Source: Chloropicon primus (Eukaryota). Taken from it: a stretch of DNA of 64,000 nucleotides. The stretch covers positions 248,001-312,000 of the forward strand of contig CP060766.1 of the NCBI GenBank assembly GCA_023205875.1. Direction: 5' to 3'. A program made the position numbers and the translations under genes. Below the pieces are notes generated by a model, which made no database searches, was not told where the DNA came from, and was given only the letters and a program-made list of their open reading frames with translations. This document shows, piece after piece, positions 61,130-64,000 of this stretch. Position 1 is the stretch's first letter. Every line of letters begins with the position of its first letter.

Positions 61130-64000
61130 TTAAGGCACGTTAACTGTCTTCGACCTGCCATTACCACGAACAAGGACCGGCCTGACCACGCCTTCCGCTT
61201 TCTTGGCCTTGACGGTCACATCGTTGCGGTTTCCACGAGCCATGGCGCGGAGCCTGTTGCGATCAGATTCCTCGGTCTCGAAGGTCACGTCGTTGCGGTT
61301 TCCGCGAGCCATGGCGCGGAGTCTGTTGCGATCAGAGTCCACGGTCACGACGGTCACGTCGTTGCGGTTTCCGCGAGCCATGGCGCGGAGCCTGTTGCGA
61401 TCAGATTCCAAGGTCTCGACGGTCACATCGTTGCGGTTTCCACGAGCCATAGCGCGGAGTCTGTTGCGATCAGATGCCTCGGTCTCGACGGTCACGCCGT
61501 TGCGGTTTCCGCGAGCCATGGCGCGGAGCCTGTTGCGATCAGATTCCAAGGTCTCGACGGTCACATCGTTGCGGTTTCCACGAGCCATGGCGCGGAGTCT
61601 GTTGCGACCAGATGCGTCGGTCTCGACGGTCACGTTGTTGCGGTTTCCGCGAGCGATGGCGCGGAGCCTGTTGCGATCAGATTCCTCGGTCACGACGGTC
61701 ACATCGTTGCGGTTTCCGCGAGCCATGGCACGGAGTCTGTTGCGATCAGATGCCTCGGTCTCGACGGTCACGCCGTTGCGGTTTCCACGAGCCATGGCGC
61801 GGAGCCTGTTGCGATCAGATTCCCCGGTCACGACGGTCACGTCGTTGCGGTTTCCGCGAGCCATGGCGCGGAGCCTGTTGCGATCAGATGCCTCGGTCAC
61901 GACGGTCACATCGTTGCGGTTTCCACGAGCCACGGCACCAACACGATTCATGTCAGCAAATTCAACAAAAGCCTCCACTTCATTGCGATCACCACGAGCC
62001 ACGGCACCAACACGATTGTCGTCCGCATCGTCAACAGCCAAAGCCATCACCATATTGTCATCACCGCGAGCCACGGCACCAACACGATTCATGTCAGCTT
62101 CACCTTCAGCACCAGCAACAACTGTGTTGTTCTCACCACGAGCCACGGCATCAACGCGATTCATGTCAGCAGATTGAGCACCAGCATTCACTGTGTTGTC
62201 ATCACCACGAGCCACGGCACCAACACGATTGTCGTCCGCACCCTCAAAAGCCTCAGCAATCACTGTGTTGTCATCACCACGAGCCACGGCACCAACACGA
62301 TTCATGTCAGCACCAAACTCAGCAGAAGCCTCCACTTCATTGCGATCACCACGAGCCACGGCACCAACACGATTCATGTCAGCAAGTTGAACAGCCAAAG
62401 CCATCACCATATTGTCATCACCGCGAGCCACGGCACCAACACGATTCATGTCAGCTTCACCTTGAGCACCAGCAATCACCATATTGTCATCACCACGAGC
62501 CGCGGCACCAACACGATTGTCGTTCGCATCCTCAACAGCAGCAGCCTCCACTATATTGTCATCACCACGAGCCACGGCACCAACACGATTCATGTCAGAT
62601 TCTTGAGAAGCAGTAGCAAACAATAAGTTTGCATTCCCGTCAGCCACAGCACTAACGTTATTCATGGTAGCAAAATCATCAGCTTCGGCAGTCACATTGT
62701 TGCCATCACCGCGAGCCACGGCACCAACACGATTCATGTCAGCTTCAGCATCAGCAGTAGCCATCACCATATTGTCATCACCACGAGCCGCGGCACCAAC
62801 ACGATTGCCAAAGGAATCTACAACAGCACCAGCAATCACTGTGTTGTTCTCACCACGAGCCACGGCATCAACGTCATTCATGTCAGATGCAACAACAGCA
62901 ACAGCAGTCACTGTATTATTGTCACCGCGAGCCACGGCACCAACACGATTCATGTCAGATTCTTGAGAAGCAGTAGCAAACAATAAGTTTGCATTCCCGT
63001 CAGCCACAGCACTAACGTTATTCATGGTAGCAAAATCATCAGCTTCGGCAGTCACATTGTTGCCATCACCGCGAGCCGCGGCATCAACACGATTGTCGAC
63101 AACATTCTCAGAAGCTGAAGCCTTCACTGTGTTCTCATCGCCACGAGCCATGGCGCGGAGCCTGTTGCGATCAGATGCCTCGGTCTCGACGGTCACGTCG
63201 TTGCGGTTTCCACGAGCCACGGCACCAACACGATTGTCGTCCGCATCGTCAACAGCACCAGCAATCACCATATTGTCATCACCGCGAGCCACGGCACCAA
63301 CACGATTCATGTCAGCTTCAGCTTCAGCAGTAGCCATCACCATATTGTCATCACCACGAGCCGCGGCACCAACACGATTGCCAGAGGAAACTACAACAGC
63401 ACCAGCAATCACTGTGTTGTCATCACCACGAGCCACGGCGCCAATGTCATTCATGTCAGATGCAGCAACAGCACCAGCAGTCACTGTATTGTTCTCACCA
63501 CGAGCCACGGCACCAACACGATTCATGTCAGCTTCAGCTTCAGCAGTAGCCATCACCATATTGTCATCACCGCGAGCCACGGCACCAACACGATTCATGT
63601 CAGATTCTTGAGAAGCAGTAGCAAACAATAAGTTTGCATTCCCGTCAGCCACAGCACTAACGTTATTCATGGTAGCAAAATCATCAGCTTCGGCAGTCAC
63701 ATTGTTGCCATCACCGCGAGCCGCGGCATCAACACGATTCGCTTCTCAGAAGCTGAAGCCTTCACTGTGTTCTCATCGCCACGAGCCACGGCATCAACGT
63801 CATTCATGGTAGCATTACCATAAGCTTCGGCAGTCATATCACCACGAGCCGCGGCACCAACACGATTGTCGTCCGCATCCTCAGAACCTGCAGCAGTCAC
63901 TGTGTTGCCATCACCGCGAGCCGCAGCATCAACGTCATTCATGTCAGATGCACCAACAGCACCAGCAATCACTGTGTTGTTCTCACCACGAGCCACGGCA
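61130..64000 (-). CDS. Curlin-like repeat protein, copy 2; 5' end outside the window; apparent frameshift near 63740
   Basis: Same repeat types and identical C-terminus (…GNGRSKTVNVP). Repeats continue in another frame at 63697-63996. Confidence 0.75.

Larger units (their letters stand above)
56653..62720. repeat. Tandem segmental duplication, offset 3883 bp (56653 onward vs 60535 onward)
   Basis: The QNG1 3' end, the intergenic spacer and the repeat-gene 3' end recur almost identically 3883 bp downstream (stop codons 56780 and 60663; 57247 and 61130). Confidence 0.95.

Overview
This is eukaryotic nuclear DNA: gene-dense, GC-rich and intron-poor, with short GT-AG introns and GA/CT microsatellites in the intergenic DNA. 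It carries photosynthesis and starch genes (Psb27-like, PTST1-like). The overall style suggests a compact green picoalga, Chloropicon/prasinophyte-like; this is an inference. I can support about 30 protein genes, mostly housekeeping: PPCDC, BCNT/SWC5, front-end desaturase, PAT1, FSH1 hydrolase, four-domain EEEE Cav channel, DAACS transporter, NAMPT, acyl-CoA dehydrogenase, CSU4-like, dUTPase, TSNAXIP1-like, riboflavin kinase fusion, Nup58-like, ARP2, MTRR-like, NEK, HEN2/MTR4, PRMT5 and QNG1. Nine introns were reconstructed by hand. Four observations stand out. (1) At the right end is a tandemly duplicated gene for a secreted 23/24-aa repeat protein whose spacing matches the curlin beta-solenoid with Q replaced by A. 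It is rich in RGD and has an acidic-to-basic polarity, making it a candidate eukaryotic curli-like fibre or adhesin. (2) Six unrelated short duplications with about 170-205 bp period all lie between divergently transcribed genes. (3) A spliced exon missed by the ORF track fuses a TIGR02450-like Trp-rich domain to a methyltransferase-like/riboflavin kinase protein. (4) The DAACS transporter has Glu at the Arg specificity position. All family calls come from motif recognition by eye; no searches were run.
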